A stretch of DNA of 64,000 bases from an uncultured Verrucomicrobiota bacterium (lineage in GTDB: Bacteria > Verrucomicrobiota > Verrucomicrobiia > Limisphaerales > J093). A model generated the notes under the pieces. The model saw nothing but the letters and a program-made list of their open reading frames with translations, was not told the origin of the DNA and ran no database searches. This document shows positions 18,042 through 27,892 of the stretch, one piece after another. The stretch lies in the NCBI GenBank assembly GCA_964466945.1, contig CAYXPA010000009.1:37-64036 (forward strand), read 5' to 3'. A program made the translations under genes and the position numbers. Positions within the stretch are counted from its first letter, which is position 1, and each line of letters begins with the position of its first letter.

Positions 18042-20024
18042 CTACTCGACGCGCAGCCGGTAAATCTGCACGCCGTTGGTCAGCGGCGGCACGTAGGGGA
18101 AAAACGTGTTGGTCCCGGTCACAAAAGGTGTGAGCAAGCGCCACGGTCCCAACGGGGATTCCGTGCCCTCGAGGGCATGATACTGGGCGGGCGGCAACTC
18201 CGCATCAAGTACGTGGGCGCCCGGCCGGATTGGTTGCCATTTGAGCGTTGGCGGCACCAAGACCCGTACCTCGAACGGAACTTCAAGCGGCCCGCCGAAC
18301 GCGTTGGACACGGTGAGGATGTAGGTCCCGCTGATCTCCGGAGCCACGGCCCGCAGGCGGAGTTGTGCGTTGGTTTCCCCCGGCAAGGGTTCCCCGCCGC
18401 GCAGCCAAGAGTAAAACAGAGGCTCGGCGCCACGCACGTCGGCCTGGAGCACGCATTCCTGCCCCAGCGCCACCCGTTGGACCGCGGGCAGCGCGGCCAG
18501 TCGGGGCGCCTGGGCCGGCGCCGCCGGCTGCAAGACGTAGTTCAACCGCGCGATGCCGGTCTCCCCGCGCACCCCGGCGATCCGGACCAAGTACGGCCGG
18601 CCGGGCTCAACGGGGAGGCTCACCTGATCAGCTCCGCCGGCTTGCAAACGGTCGTTGTCACAGCCCAGCAAGACCAGGTCCGCGTAGCTCGCCGGCGGAT
18701 TGGTGTAAGTGAAGACGGCCAGGACCGTGTCGAAATCGCTCCCGCGGGTATCCAGCGTAAGCAGGCCGTTGGTGGCGGGTTCGTAGGCGAACCAGTGAGA
18801 GCCGCCACTCACCACCCCGCAGGGTTGGGGTTCGTCGGGGTCGCTCGTGGCTCGCACCGTGCTGAAGACCTGACTGCCGTTGTACCCGCGCGCCACACCC
18901 AGACCGGCCAGAGCAGGTCCGGCGCGCGCCGCGCCGGCGCGCTTGAGCGTAACCCGCCCGGCGCGCAGCGGCAGTCCCGGGCGGCTTGTCGCGGACAGGC
19001 CTGTCGGCTGCGGTTCCTCGGGAGGGTCTTCCTCGTCCGCCCCGTCCTCGTCTTCGTCCTCGTCCTCCTCGCTCTCTCCGTCATCCCCCACCAGGGGTGT
19101 ATCCAGCGCGTCGAACAACTTGTCGCGGGCCAGGCTGTTGGTCAGGCCATCCGAGTTGATTTGCAACTCCACCGGCGCGGTCTCGAATTGCACGTCCCCA
19201 ATTCGGATGCGCAGGGTGTAACGGCCCAGGTCGTTGGTCCGCAAGCCGGGGATTTCCAGCGTCGGCCCGCGCACCCCCAACGATTCCCCGTTACGCCGCC
19301 AGCGTAATTCCACGTCGTCCGCCTCCCCCGCATACCCGGTCAAGAGCACACTCAGCACCACCGGGTCGCCCTGGCGCGCGGCGCGGTCCCGGGGCAACCC
19401 CACCACCAACGGCGGCGTTTGCGGAGTCACTTCCAGCGTCCAGCTCAACCGCAGGCTGCCTGTGGCCCCGCGATATCCGTCCACGGCGATGTGGTACACC
19501 TCGCCCGCGCGCACGCCCACCTCGACGCGACTGGTCCTCCGGCCCGTGAGTTCGTCCTCCTCGTCGTCGTCTTCCCCCGCCTCGCGGAGCCGGTCGAGCG
19601 AGGTGTCCGTGGATCGCGCGAAGGTGTAAACGCCCAGCAAAGTGTCCAGCTCGCTACCCTCGGTGCTGAACCGCACCACCCCATTCGCCGGTGCCTGCCA
19701 CGCAATCCACACCGAGGCGCCTCCGCGCTTGCCACCGTGCCGCGGCTCGCCCGGCTCCACCGTCGCGCCCACGTTGCTGCCCACCACCTCGCCGGCCGGG
19801 CCGCTGAGCAGTTCCCGCGCGGCGAACGCATCGCGGAACTCCGCGGCCCCCGCGATCGGCGCGGCGCACAGGAGCCCCAGGCCCAGACCGTAGAACCATC
19901 CCGCGGCCACTCCCCACCGACGCCCGGCGCCGGGGCGCTCCCGGACCTCCCCCAGTGCCGCCTCGTGTCGCCGCCCAGCATCGCCAAACTGGCTCAAAGC
20001 GCGGCGCAGAACGAGGAAGCTCAC
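18042..20024 (-). CDS. Exported protein with a duplicated [PPC-like beta-sandwich + Ig-like] architecture and poly-acidic linkers
   Basis: Signal/TM segment WGVAAGWFYGLGLGLLCAAPIAGAAE. Two copies of a GEP..GG.S.W....A...G....T.GS.(L/F)DT.L.V(Y/F)-type domain, each followed by an Ig-like module (RWRRNGESL...LGRYTLRI and YSWLRGGEPL...SGTYILTVSN). Acidic runs EDDDEEDE and SEEDEDEDEDGADEED. The start is uncertain. GTG at 20022-20024 is chosen because it lies downstream of the sigma-54 promoter at 20154-20169. The track ORF extends to 20315 and would overlap the regulator gene. Confidence 0.7.
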   Translation of the reverse strand: MSFLVLRRALSQFGDAGRRHEAALGEVRERPGAGRRWGVAAGWFYGLGLGLLCAAPIAGAAEFRDAFAARELLSGPAGEVVGSNVGATVEPGEPRHGGKRGGASVWIAWQAPANGVVRFSTEGSELDTLLGVYTFARSTDTSLDRLREAGEDDDEEDELTGRRTSRVEVGVRAGEVYHIAVDGYRGATGSLRLSWTLEVTPQTPPLVVGLPRDRAARQGDPVVLSVLLTGYAGEADDVELRWRRNGESLGVRGPTLEIPGLRTNDLGRYTLRIRIGDVQFETAPVELQINSDGLTNSLARDKLFDALDTPLVGDDGESEEDEDEDEDGADEEDPPEEPQPTGLSATSRPGLPLRAGRVTLKRAGAARAGPALAGLGVARGYNGSQVFSTVRATSDPDEPQPCGVVSGGSHWFAYEPATNGLLTLDTRGSDFDTVLAVFTYTNPPASYADLVLLGCDNDRLQAGGADQVSLPVEPGRPYLVRIAGVRGETGIARLNYVLQPAAPAQAPRLAALPAVQRVALGQECVLQADVRGAEPLFYSWLRGGEPLPGETNAQLRLRAVAPEISGTYILTVSNAFGGPLEVPFEVRVLVPPTLKWQPIRPGAHVLDAELPPAQYHALEGTESPLGPWRLLTPFVTGTNTFFPYVPPLTNGVQIYRLRVE

Positions 20025-20153
20025 GCCCTCATTTCGCCTGAGTCCAAGGTGCCGATTCACGGCAGTGCGATGTAAAATTCCGAGGTTGTTTGTGGTGGGC
20101 CGCCACGGCTCGGGAATCACCCCGGCCGTTGCCCACCCGGCACACTTCGGCCA

Positions 20154-20169
20154 AGCAACACGAATGCCA
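20154..20169 (-). promoter_or_regulatory. Near-consensus sigma-54 -24/-12 promoter
   Basis: The minus strand reads TGGCAT-TCGTG-TTGCT, against the consensus TGGCAC-N5-TTGCW. It is intergenic, 113 nt downstream of the activator gene stop, and oriented toward the 18042-20024 gene. Confidence 0.6.
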
Positions 20170-20233
20170 GCATCGCGCCCGGTGCAGCCGTCCCCTACGC
20201 ACGAGCTTTCCCGGTGAGCCGCGTTCCGAAGGG

Positions 20234-20281
20234 TGTTCCCGCGCCGGAACAACCCCGGCCGCGTGTTCGCCTTCCGGAACA
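20234..20281 (-). promoter_or_regulatory. Two candidate enhancer dyads TGTTCC-N6-GGAACA
   Basis: 20234-20251 is TGTTCC-CGCGCC-GGAACA, a perfect 6-bp inverted repeat. 20264-20281 is TGTTCG-CCTTCC-GGAACA. The centres are 30 bp apart and lie about 75 and 105 nt upstream of the -24 element. Confidence 0.5.
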
Positions 20282-21748
<1,467 letters not shown>

Positions 21749-21772
21749 GCGCCTGCCAAGCGCGCGGCTTTC

Positions 21773-24466
21773 TCAGCGGCCCAGGGCCCGGGCCACGCGC
21801 GCCAGCAGCTCCGACAGTTCGATGGGCTTGCCCAGGCATTCCACCCCGGTCGGGAGCGCGGTCGTTTCCGCCGCGCCGCTGAGCAGCAAAACGGGCAAAT
21901 CCGGGCGGCGCCGCCGCATGGCGGCCACCGCTCCCGGACCGTCCAGGAACGGCATCGTGGTGTCCGTCACGACCACGGCCACCGCGTCCGCCTCTTGCTC
22001 AAAAAGGGCCACCGCTTCCGCGCCGTGCGCGGCCGTCAGCACGCGGTAGCCGTGGTCCTCGAGGCCGCGTCGGAGCAGCTCCCGCACGGCCTGTTCATCG
22101 TCCGCCACCAGGATGAGCTCGCCCCGGCCGCGCGGCGGGCCGGCCTCGGCGGGTCGGGCGGGGGCCGTAGGTGCGCCGACCCACCGGGGCAGGAGGATTT
22201 CAAACGTGGCGCCGCCCTCTTCGCCGGACCTGGCGCTGATGAAGCCGCCGTGGGCGCGCACGATCCGGCTGGCGGTGGACAGTCCCAGCCCCGTGCCCTG
22301 ACCTGGGGGCTTGGTGGTGAAAAACGGCTCGAAGAGGCGCGGCAACACTTCCGGCGGGATGCCCGGGCCGGTGTCACTGACCATCAAGACCACATAGGCG
22401 CCGGGGGAGGCCTCCGGGTAAGCGGCGAGGTCCGCCGGGCCGGCCTCGAGGTTGTCCGCCACCAACGTGAGGGTGCCGCCCGCGGGCATGGCATCGCGCG
22501 CGTTGACGCACAGGTTGAGCAGCACCTGGTGCAGCTCGGTGGCGTTGCCCAGCACGGGCCACAGGTCGTCCGCCACGTGCGCGCACACGCGAAGGTTGGG
22601 GGGAAAGGTGTCGCGGATGAGCTTTTCGAGTTCCTTGATCAGCGGACCCGGGCGCAACGGCTGGCGGTCGCCACCCCGCCCGCGGGCGAAAAGCAGGACC
22701 TGGCGGACCATTTCCGCGCCCCGCCGGGCGCTCGCTTCCATGAGGGTCAACACGCGCCGGGTCTCGGCGTCGGCGGCGGTGCGGCGCAACAATTGGGCGC
22801 CCAGCAACACGGGCGCCAGGGCGTTGTTGAGGTCGTGCGCCATGCCCGCGGCCAGGGCGCCGATGCCTTCCATGCGCTGCAGGCGCAGGGTTTCGGCCTG
22901 GAGCTGGCGCTGCTCGGTCACGTCGGTGTTCAGCAGCAGCAGCGCCTGCGGCTGCCCGGCGTCGTCGCGGATCAACGTCCAGCGACTTTCCACGACCCGC
23001 CGCCGACCGGCGGCGTCGTGGTGCTCGAGGGACCCGTCCCACTCCCCGCGTTCGAGCGTGCGGGCGCGCGCCTCCGCCAGCGTGGCCGCCGCGGCCGGGT
23101 CCGGCAAAAAGCGCACGGGGTTTTCTCCGGCGCCCGGGTCGAGGGAGTACAACGCGCGGGCGGCCGGGTTCGCATACTGCACGCGCCCGTCGAGGTCGAG
23201 CACCAGAATCGCGTCGCGGGCCTTGTCAAGGAGCGCGGCCTGCTGGCGGATGCGGGCGTCGGCGGCGCGTTGGGCCGCCTCGAGCCGGCGCCGGGTGCGG
23301 TACCAATCGACCGAGTGAAACAACACCGTGGCCGCCCAGGCCAGGGGCGCCTGCACCCCGGCCGGGATGAGCCACGGAAACCAATACCCGCCGCCGACAA
23401 ACGCCCCCAGGGCCGCGGCCGCCCACGCCAACCACCCGCCCAGGACCACGCCCGTGGCCGCCAGCGGCCGCAGCCAGAGCAGCCCGGCGCTCGCCAACGC
23501 CATCCCCCACAAGCCCGCCCGCTCGCGGGCGGCGCCCGGGCGGCGCAGGCCGTCGTCGCGCAGCAAATTCAGCAACTGGGTGGCGTGGACCTCGACCCCG
23601 GGCATGAACAGGTCTCGGTCCCGCCAGGAGCGGTACGGGCTGCGCAACTCATCCCGGCGGGCTTGAAACGTGCCCGCCAGCGGCCGCGCGCCGATCAACA
23701 CCACCTTGTCCCGAAAGCGCGCGTCCGCCACGGCGCCCGGCTCGAGCGCCTCCCGGTAACTCACATGCGGCAGCGCAAACGGCCGGCCATAGTAGCGCAG
23801 CCAGCGGGGTTCCGGGTCCGCGCTCCGGGCCGCCGGCAGGTCCAGCAACCGGGCCGCGGTCCAACTCAGGCTCGGCCACGCCTCGGGACCATTCCGCAAC
23901 ACCAGGAAATGCCGGCGCGCGATGAAGTCCTCGTCCACGCTCAATTCCCCCAGGCCCCAGCCCGCGGCCGCCGCGCGTAACGGCGCCACCGGCAGGGCCA
24001 GGCGGGTCAGCCGCGTGGCCACGGGGCCGGTTTGCCGGCTCGACACGCCGGCCTCCGCCGCCAACACCACCCGGCCGTGTCCCCGGAACGCCGCCGCCAG
24101 CGCGGCATCCGCCGCCGGGTCCGGGCCCGGGCGGTCAAACACGATGTCGAACACCACCGCGCGCGCCCCGGCGCGGGTGAGCCGTTCCACCAGTTGCGCG
24201 TGCAAGGCGCGCGGCCAGGGTTGGGCCGGATTGAGGCCGTACGCGGCGAAGGACTCGGCATCCAGGTACACCAGGAGCACCGGCGCCGTGTCATCCAGGC
24301 GCGTCCCCAAACCAAACCAGGCGTAGTAACTGTCGTAGCTGGCCCGGAGCAGCGACCGGCTGGCCGCGGAGCCGGACCCGAGCAGGTACTCGCCCAGCAC
24401 AGCCAGCGCGAGGGCCAGCCCCCCGGCCAGGAGCGCTCGAGGACGGGCAAACCACCGTCGCCACAT
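21773..24466 (-). CDS. Hybrid sensor histidine kinase with a periplasmic CHASE2 domain, PAS, HisKA/HATPase and a C-terminal receiver
   Basis: ATG at 24464-24466 (MWRRWFARPRALLAGGLALALAVL). CHASE2-like block (VLLVYLDAESF...RAVVFDIVFD...VVLAAE). A cluster of TM helices, then a PAS-like region. H-box AAGMAHDLNNALAPV, G2 box GTGLGLS, and REC (ILVADDE...VVTDTTMP). It ends 24 nt before the regulator gene. Confidence 0.9.
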   Translation of the reverse strand: MWRRWFARPRALLAGGLALALAVLGEYLLGSGSAASRSLLRASYDSYYAWFGLGTRLDDTAPVLLVYLDAESFAAYGLNPAQPWPRALHAQLVERLTRAGARAVVFDIVFDRPGPDPAADAALAAAFRGHGRVVLAAEAGVSSRQTGPVATRLTRLALPVAPLRAAAAGWGLGELSVDEDFIARRHFLVLRNGPEAWPSLSWTAARLLDLPAARSADPEPRWLRYYGRPFALPHVSYREALEPGAVADARFRDKVVLIGARPLAGTFQARRDELRSPYRSWRDRDLFMPGVEVHATQLLNLLRDDGLRRPGAARERAGLWGMALASAGLLWLRPLAATGVVLGGWLAWAAAALGAFVGGGYWFPWLIPAGVQAPLAWAATVLFHSVDWYRTRRRLEAAQRAADARIRQQAALLDKARDAILVLDLDGRVQYANPAARALYSLDPGAGENPVRFLPDPAAAATLAEARARTLERGEWDGSLEHHDAAGRRRVVESRWTLIRDDAGQPQALLLLNTDVTEQRQLQAETLRLQRMEGIGALAAGMAHDLNNALAPVLLGAQLLRRTAADAETRRVLTLMEASARRGAEMVRQVLLFARGRGGDRQPLRPGPLIKELEKLIRDTFPPNLRVCAHVADDLWPVLGNATELHQVLLNLCVNARDAMPAGGTLTLVADNLEAGPADLAAYPEASPGAYVVLMVSDTGPGIPPEVLPRLFEPFFTTKPPGQGTGLGLSTASRIVRAHGGFISARSGEEGGATFEILLPRWVGAPTAPARPAEAGPPRGRGELILVADDEQAVRELLRRGLEDHGYRVLTAAHGAEAVALFEQEADAVAVVVTDTTMPFLDGPGAVAAMRRRRPDLPVLLLSGAAETTALPTGVECLGKPIELSELLARVARALGR

Positions 24467-24627
24467 GCCGGGAAGATTATCGCACGCCGCCCCGTGCGGC
24501 GAGCGGTGAGCCGGCGCCCCGTCGGGTCCGGACTTCAAACCAAGGGTGCTCCGCGGCCGGCCGGGCTGGCCGGGCCTCAGCAAAACCCGCAGTTGCCGCT
24601 GGACCCCCAAACCGTCACCCTGCGGCC

Positions 24628-25002
24628 ATGACCACGCTCGAACGCGCCGTCAGCATCCACCCGTACTTCAAGCTCCAACCTGGCAAGTGGGACGAGGTCC
24701 GCGCCCTGCTCGGCGAGTTCATCGCCCGCACCGCGCGCGAACCGAAGGTCCTGTACTACGAGTTCACCCGCAGCGACGACCTGCTTTACTGCCGCGAGGC
24801 GTACGCGGACGCCGCGGGTTTGCTCGACCACCTGGCCAACGTGGCCGCGCCGCTCGAACAATTCCTCACCCTGGCCGAGCTGGTGCGGGTCGAGGTCCAC
24901 GGCCCGGCGGAGGAACTGGCGAAGCTCCGGGAGCCGCTGGGCCATCTTAAGCCGGTCTGGTTCGAGTACGCATGCGGCGTGGGCCGCGCCCGAACCGAGT
25001 GA
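24628..25002 (+). CDS. ABM-like (dimeric alpha/beta-barrel, putative monooxygenase) protein
   Basis: 124 aa. The pattern SIHPYFKL...VLYYEF...EAYADAAGLLDHL is typical of antibiotic-biosynthesis-monooxygenase-fold proteins. It is divergent from the kinase gene. Confidence 0.6.
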   Translation: MTTLERAVSIHPYFKLQPGKWDEVRALLGEFIARTAREPKVLYYEFTRSDDLLYCREAYADAAGLLDHLANVAAPLEQFLTLAELVRVEVHGPAEELAKLREPLGHLKPVWFEYACGVGRARTE

Positions 25003-25100
25003 CGCCTCGCGGGGTGTTTTCAAACGCCGCGCCGCCCGGGGGGCAAGGTGTCGGGCAGGACCGTCCGATTCGTTGGCCCGCCCGGCAGCGATTGGGGCGA

Positions 25101-25147
25101 AGCCAAAACAAAACCCCGAAGCTCGCGGGCGGAGCTTCGGGGTTGTG
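25101..25147 (-). terminator. Intrinsic terminator of the PEP-CTERM gene (structure usable from either strand)
   Basis: Perfect 11-bp stem CCCCGAAGCTC/GAGCTTCGGGG (25114-25142). On the minus strand it is followed by TTTTGTTTTGG. It lies about 25 nt past the stop at 25168. Confidence 0.65.
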
Positions 25148-25167
25148 CCGGGCCGAGCTTGGTTGGC

Positions 25168-26310
25168 TTAAAGGCGGCTGTTGCCAGACCGCCGGCGATG
25201 CCACGCCAGGGCTCCGCCGCCCAAGAGAATGAGCGCCAGCGAGCCGGGCTCGGGTACGGGGGTGAAGTCCACCCCGCGGAAGATGGTGTTGGCCCCGGCG
25301 GTGGCCAGGGTGACGGGCACCGCGCCGGCGCCGGTGTCTTCGATGCGGATGAGGCGGTTGGCGCTGGTTTCACCCGTGATGGCAAAGAGGACGGGCGTCG
25401 CACCGGACCAGTCCACGGTGAGGCCCCGGGCGCCCACGTTGGCCGCGCCCGTGCCCAGGGTGTAGCTCAGGTTCCAAACGCTGCCGTCGAACTCCCACCG
25501 TTGAATGCCCCCGGCGGCGCTGCTCCGGTCATCGGCCACGTAAATCAAGGACCCGCTCGGGCTGACGGCGAAGTCGTATGGGGAAGACGAACTGCCCGCG
25601 TCGAACAACTGCGTGGCCGTGGCGCCACTGGTGGTGGGCAGCCCGGTGAAGGCGTGGACGCCGTGCGTGGTCGTGCCCGAACTGGTCGAGAAGTACAGGT
25701 CGCCACCAAAGATGTTCGGCACCCGCAGATTGTTGATCGTGTTGTACACCTGCGTGTCGGTGGTGCCTTGCACGTACCAGATGCCGCCCGCGGTGCCGCT
25801 GGCGTTGCCGGACATCCAGAAGCCGCTCCCGTCCACCGTCACCGCTCCGCGGACGTTGTTGCCCGTGTAGCCCTCATCGGTGCGCGCCGCCAGGACGTAG
25901 TTGCCGAAAGCGTCCACCCGGCCTACGCCCCGGTTCACGGAGGCCGACGCCGTGCTGGCGATGCTGGCCGTGCCGGCGGCGGCGTTGTAGCCCGCGAACG
26001 TCAGAAACCGCCCGTCCGCCGAGAGGCTCAGGGCGCCTTCCGAGGTCGCGCTGCCGCTTAACGTAAGCGCGTCCGCGCCGGTGCTGGGGATGGCCAGCGT
26101 GTACGAGGGCGATTGACCGACGCCGGTGAGGTCGAATTGGTCCAAGAAAAACGGTTGGGCGGCGCTGGAGAGCGCGCCGGAGCCGTCGCCCACCCGCAAG
26201 ACGGCCAGTTTGCCGGGGTTAAATGCCAGAACTTGGGGGTCGAGTTGGGCCTGAAGGGAGCCGGCCGCCAGAGTCACGGCGACCGCCAAGGAGGAGCCGG
26301 TGTATTTCAT
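25168..26310 (-). CDS. PEP-CTERM-anchored secreted protein (beta-rich, Gly/Ser/Thr-rich)
   Basis: ATG at 26308-26310 with the signal peptide MKYTGSSLAVAVTLAAGSLQAQ. The C-terminus VPEPGSLALILLGGGALAWHRRRS is a canonical PEP-CTERM sorting signal. Confidence 0.82.
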   Translation of the reverse strand: MKYTGSSLAVAVTLAAGSLQAQLDPQVLAFNPGKLAVLRVGDGSGALSSAAQPFFLDQFDLTGVGQSPSYTLAIPSTGADALTLSGSATSEGALSLSADGRFLTFAGYNAAAGTASIASTASASVNRGVGRVDAFGNYVLAARTDEGYTGNNVRGAVTVDGSGFWMSGNASGTAGGIWYVQGTTDTQVYNTINNLRVPNIFGGDLYFSTSSGTTTHGVHAFTGLPTTSGATATQLFDAGSSSSPYDFAVSPSGSLIYVADDRSSAAGGIQRWEFDGSVWNLSYTLGTGAANVGARGLTVDWSGATPVLFAITGETSANRLIRIEDTGAGAVPVTLATAGANTIFRGVDFTPVPEPGSLALILLGGGALAWHRRRSGNSRL

Positions 26311-26447
26311 GGTTGCAGGAGCCGTTCGTTGTCGCGGCCATGTGCTACCCTCCCGCCTGGCGTTCGTCCAGTGACAAAACCGTGACGTCCGGCCGGGCGC
26401 GAACACGAGCCGGGTCACGCCCGGCGCTTATGCGGCCGGGTCCACCT

Positions 26448-27773
26448 TCACCGGAACAGCAGGTGCAGCAGGAACAGCCCGCCCAGCACGGCCGCCGTGG
26501 GGGAGAGTTCCCGCCAACGGCCGGTGCCGAGCTTCAACGCCACGTAGCACAAGAAGCCGAGCGACAGCCCCTCGCTGATGCTCGAGGTCAGCGGCATCAG
26601 CAGCATCGTCAACACCGCCGGCGCGGCCACCGCGAAGTCGCCCAGGTCCAGCCGCGTGACGCCCTGCATCATGAAAATGCCCACCACCACCAGCGCCGGC
26701 GCCGTGGCCACGGCCGGGATGGCCAGGATCACAGGGCTGAAAAACAGCGCCAGCAGGAAGCACGCGGCGACCACCAGCGAGGTCAGCCCCGTGCGGCCGC
26801 CTTCCTCGACTCCCGCGGCCGATTCGATGTAGCTGGTGACGGTGGAGGTGCCCAGGAGCGACCCCACCATCGCCGCGCCGGCGTCCGCCGCCAACGCCCG
26901 GCCGATGCGCGGCAGGTTGCCCTGTTCATCGAGCAGGCCCGCCCGCTGGCAGACGCCGATGAGCGTGCCCATGTTGTCGAACAGGTCCACAAACAGCAGC
27001 GCCAGCAACGCCGGCAGCAGCTCCCAGAAGTGCCGCGCCACGTGGCCCAGGTCCAGTTTCAGAAAGGTCGGCGCCAGCGACGCGGGCAGCGAGACCACCG
27101 CGGCGGGCGGTTGGGTGACCGTGCCCCGGCCGTCGGCCGCCGGCACCAGCAGTCCCGCGGCGGTCACGGCCAGGATGGCCAGGATCACCGCACCCCGCAC
27201 CCGCCGCCAGACCAGCACGGCGGTGAGGACAATGCCCGCCAGCGCCAGCAGGACCGGCGGCGCGGCCAGGTGGCCGGCCTTCACGAAGGTGACCGGGTCC
27301 GGCGCGACGATGCCGGCGTTTTTGAGGCCGATGAAGGCGATGAACAGGCCGATGCCGCAACTGATGGCGGTTTTGAGCTCGCGCGGGATGGCCTCGAGGA
27401 TGCGGCGTCGCAGCCCGGTGACCGTGAGCCCCAGAAAGAGCAGGCCACTCAGGAACGTGAGCGCCAGCGCGGCCGGCCACGGCACTTTCAGGCCCAGGCA
27501 AAGCGTGTAGGCGAAGAACGCGTTCATGCCCATGCCCGGGGCCAGGGCGAGGGGGTAGTTTGTGGCCAGGCCAAACACTGCGGTCATCAACGCCGAGGCC
27601 AGGGCCGTGGCGGTGAGCAACGCGCCGCGGTCCATGCCGGTCACGGACAGGATGTTCGGGTTCACCGCCAGGATGTAGGCCATGGCCGCGAAGGTGGTCA
27701 GGCCGGCGGTGACCTCGGTCCGCACCGTGGTGCCCAACGCGGCGAGTTGAAAGTGCCGTTCCAAAAAGCGCAT
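26448..27773 (-). CDS. NCS2-family purine permease (AzgA / adenine-guanine-hypoxanthine type)
   Basis: 441 aa from the ATG at 27771-27773. The N-terminal block FQLAALGTTVRTEVTAGLTTFAAMAYILAVNP is characteristic. It has at least 12 hydrophobic segments. Confidence 0.9.
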   Translation of the reverse strand: MRFLERHFQLAALGTTVRTEVTAGLTTFAAMAYILAVNPNILSVTGMDRGALLTATALASALMTAVFGLATNYPLALAPGMGMNAFFAYTLCLGLKVPWPAALALTFLSGLLFLGLTVTGLRRRILEAIPRELKTAISCGIGLFIAFIGLKNAGIVAPDPVTFVKAGHLAAPPVLLALAGIVLTAVLVWRRVRGAVILAILAVTAAGLLVPAADGRGTVTQPPAAVVSLPASLAPTFLKLDLGHVARHFWELLPALLALLFVDLFDNMGTLIGVCQRAGLLDEQGNLPRIGRALAADAGAAMVGSLLGTSTVTSYIESAAGVEEGGRTGLTSLVVAACFLLALFFSPVILAIPAVATAPALVVVGIFMMQGVTRLDLGDFAVAAPAVLTMLLMPLTSSISEGLSLGFLCYVALKLGTGRWRELSPTAAVLGGLFLLHLLFR

Positions 27774-27892
27774 GAGGCGGCGAAACGCTGGCCGGTTCAG
27801 CTTGGGGCAAGCGCGGGCGCGCTTCAAGGCGCCAACGGGTGGGCGCGCCTTCCCGCTTGCCGCCGCCGGGAGCTTCGCCAAGGCTCGCCGCC

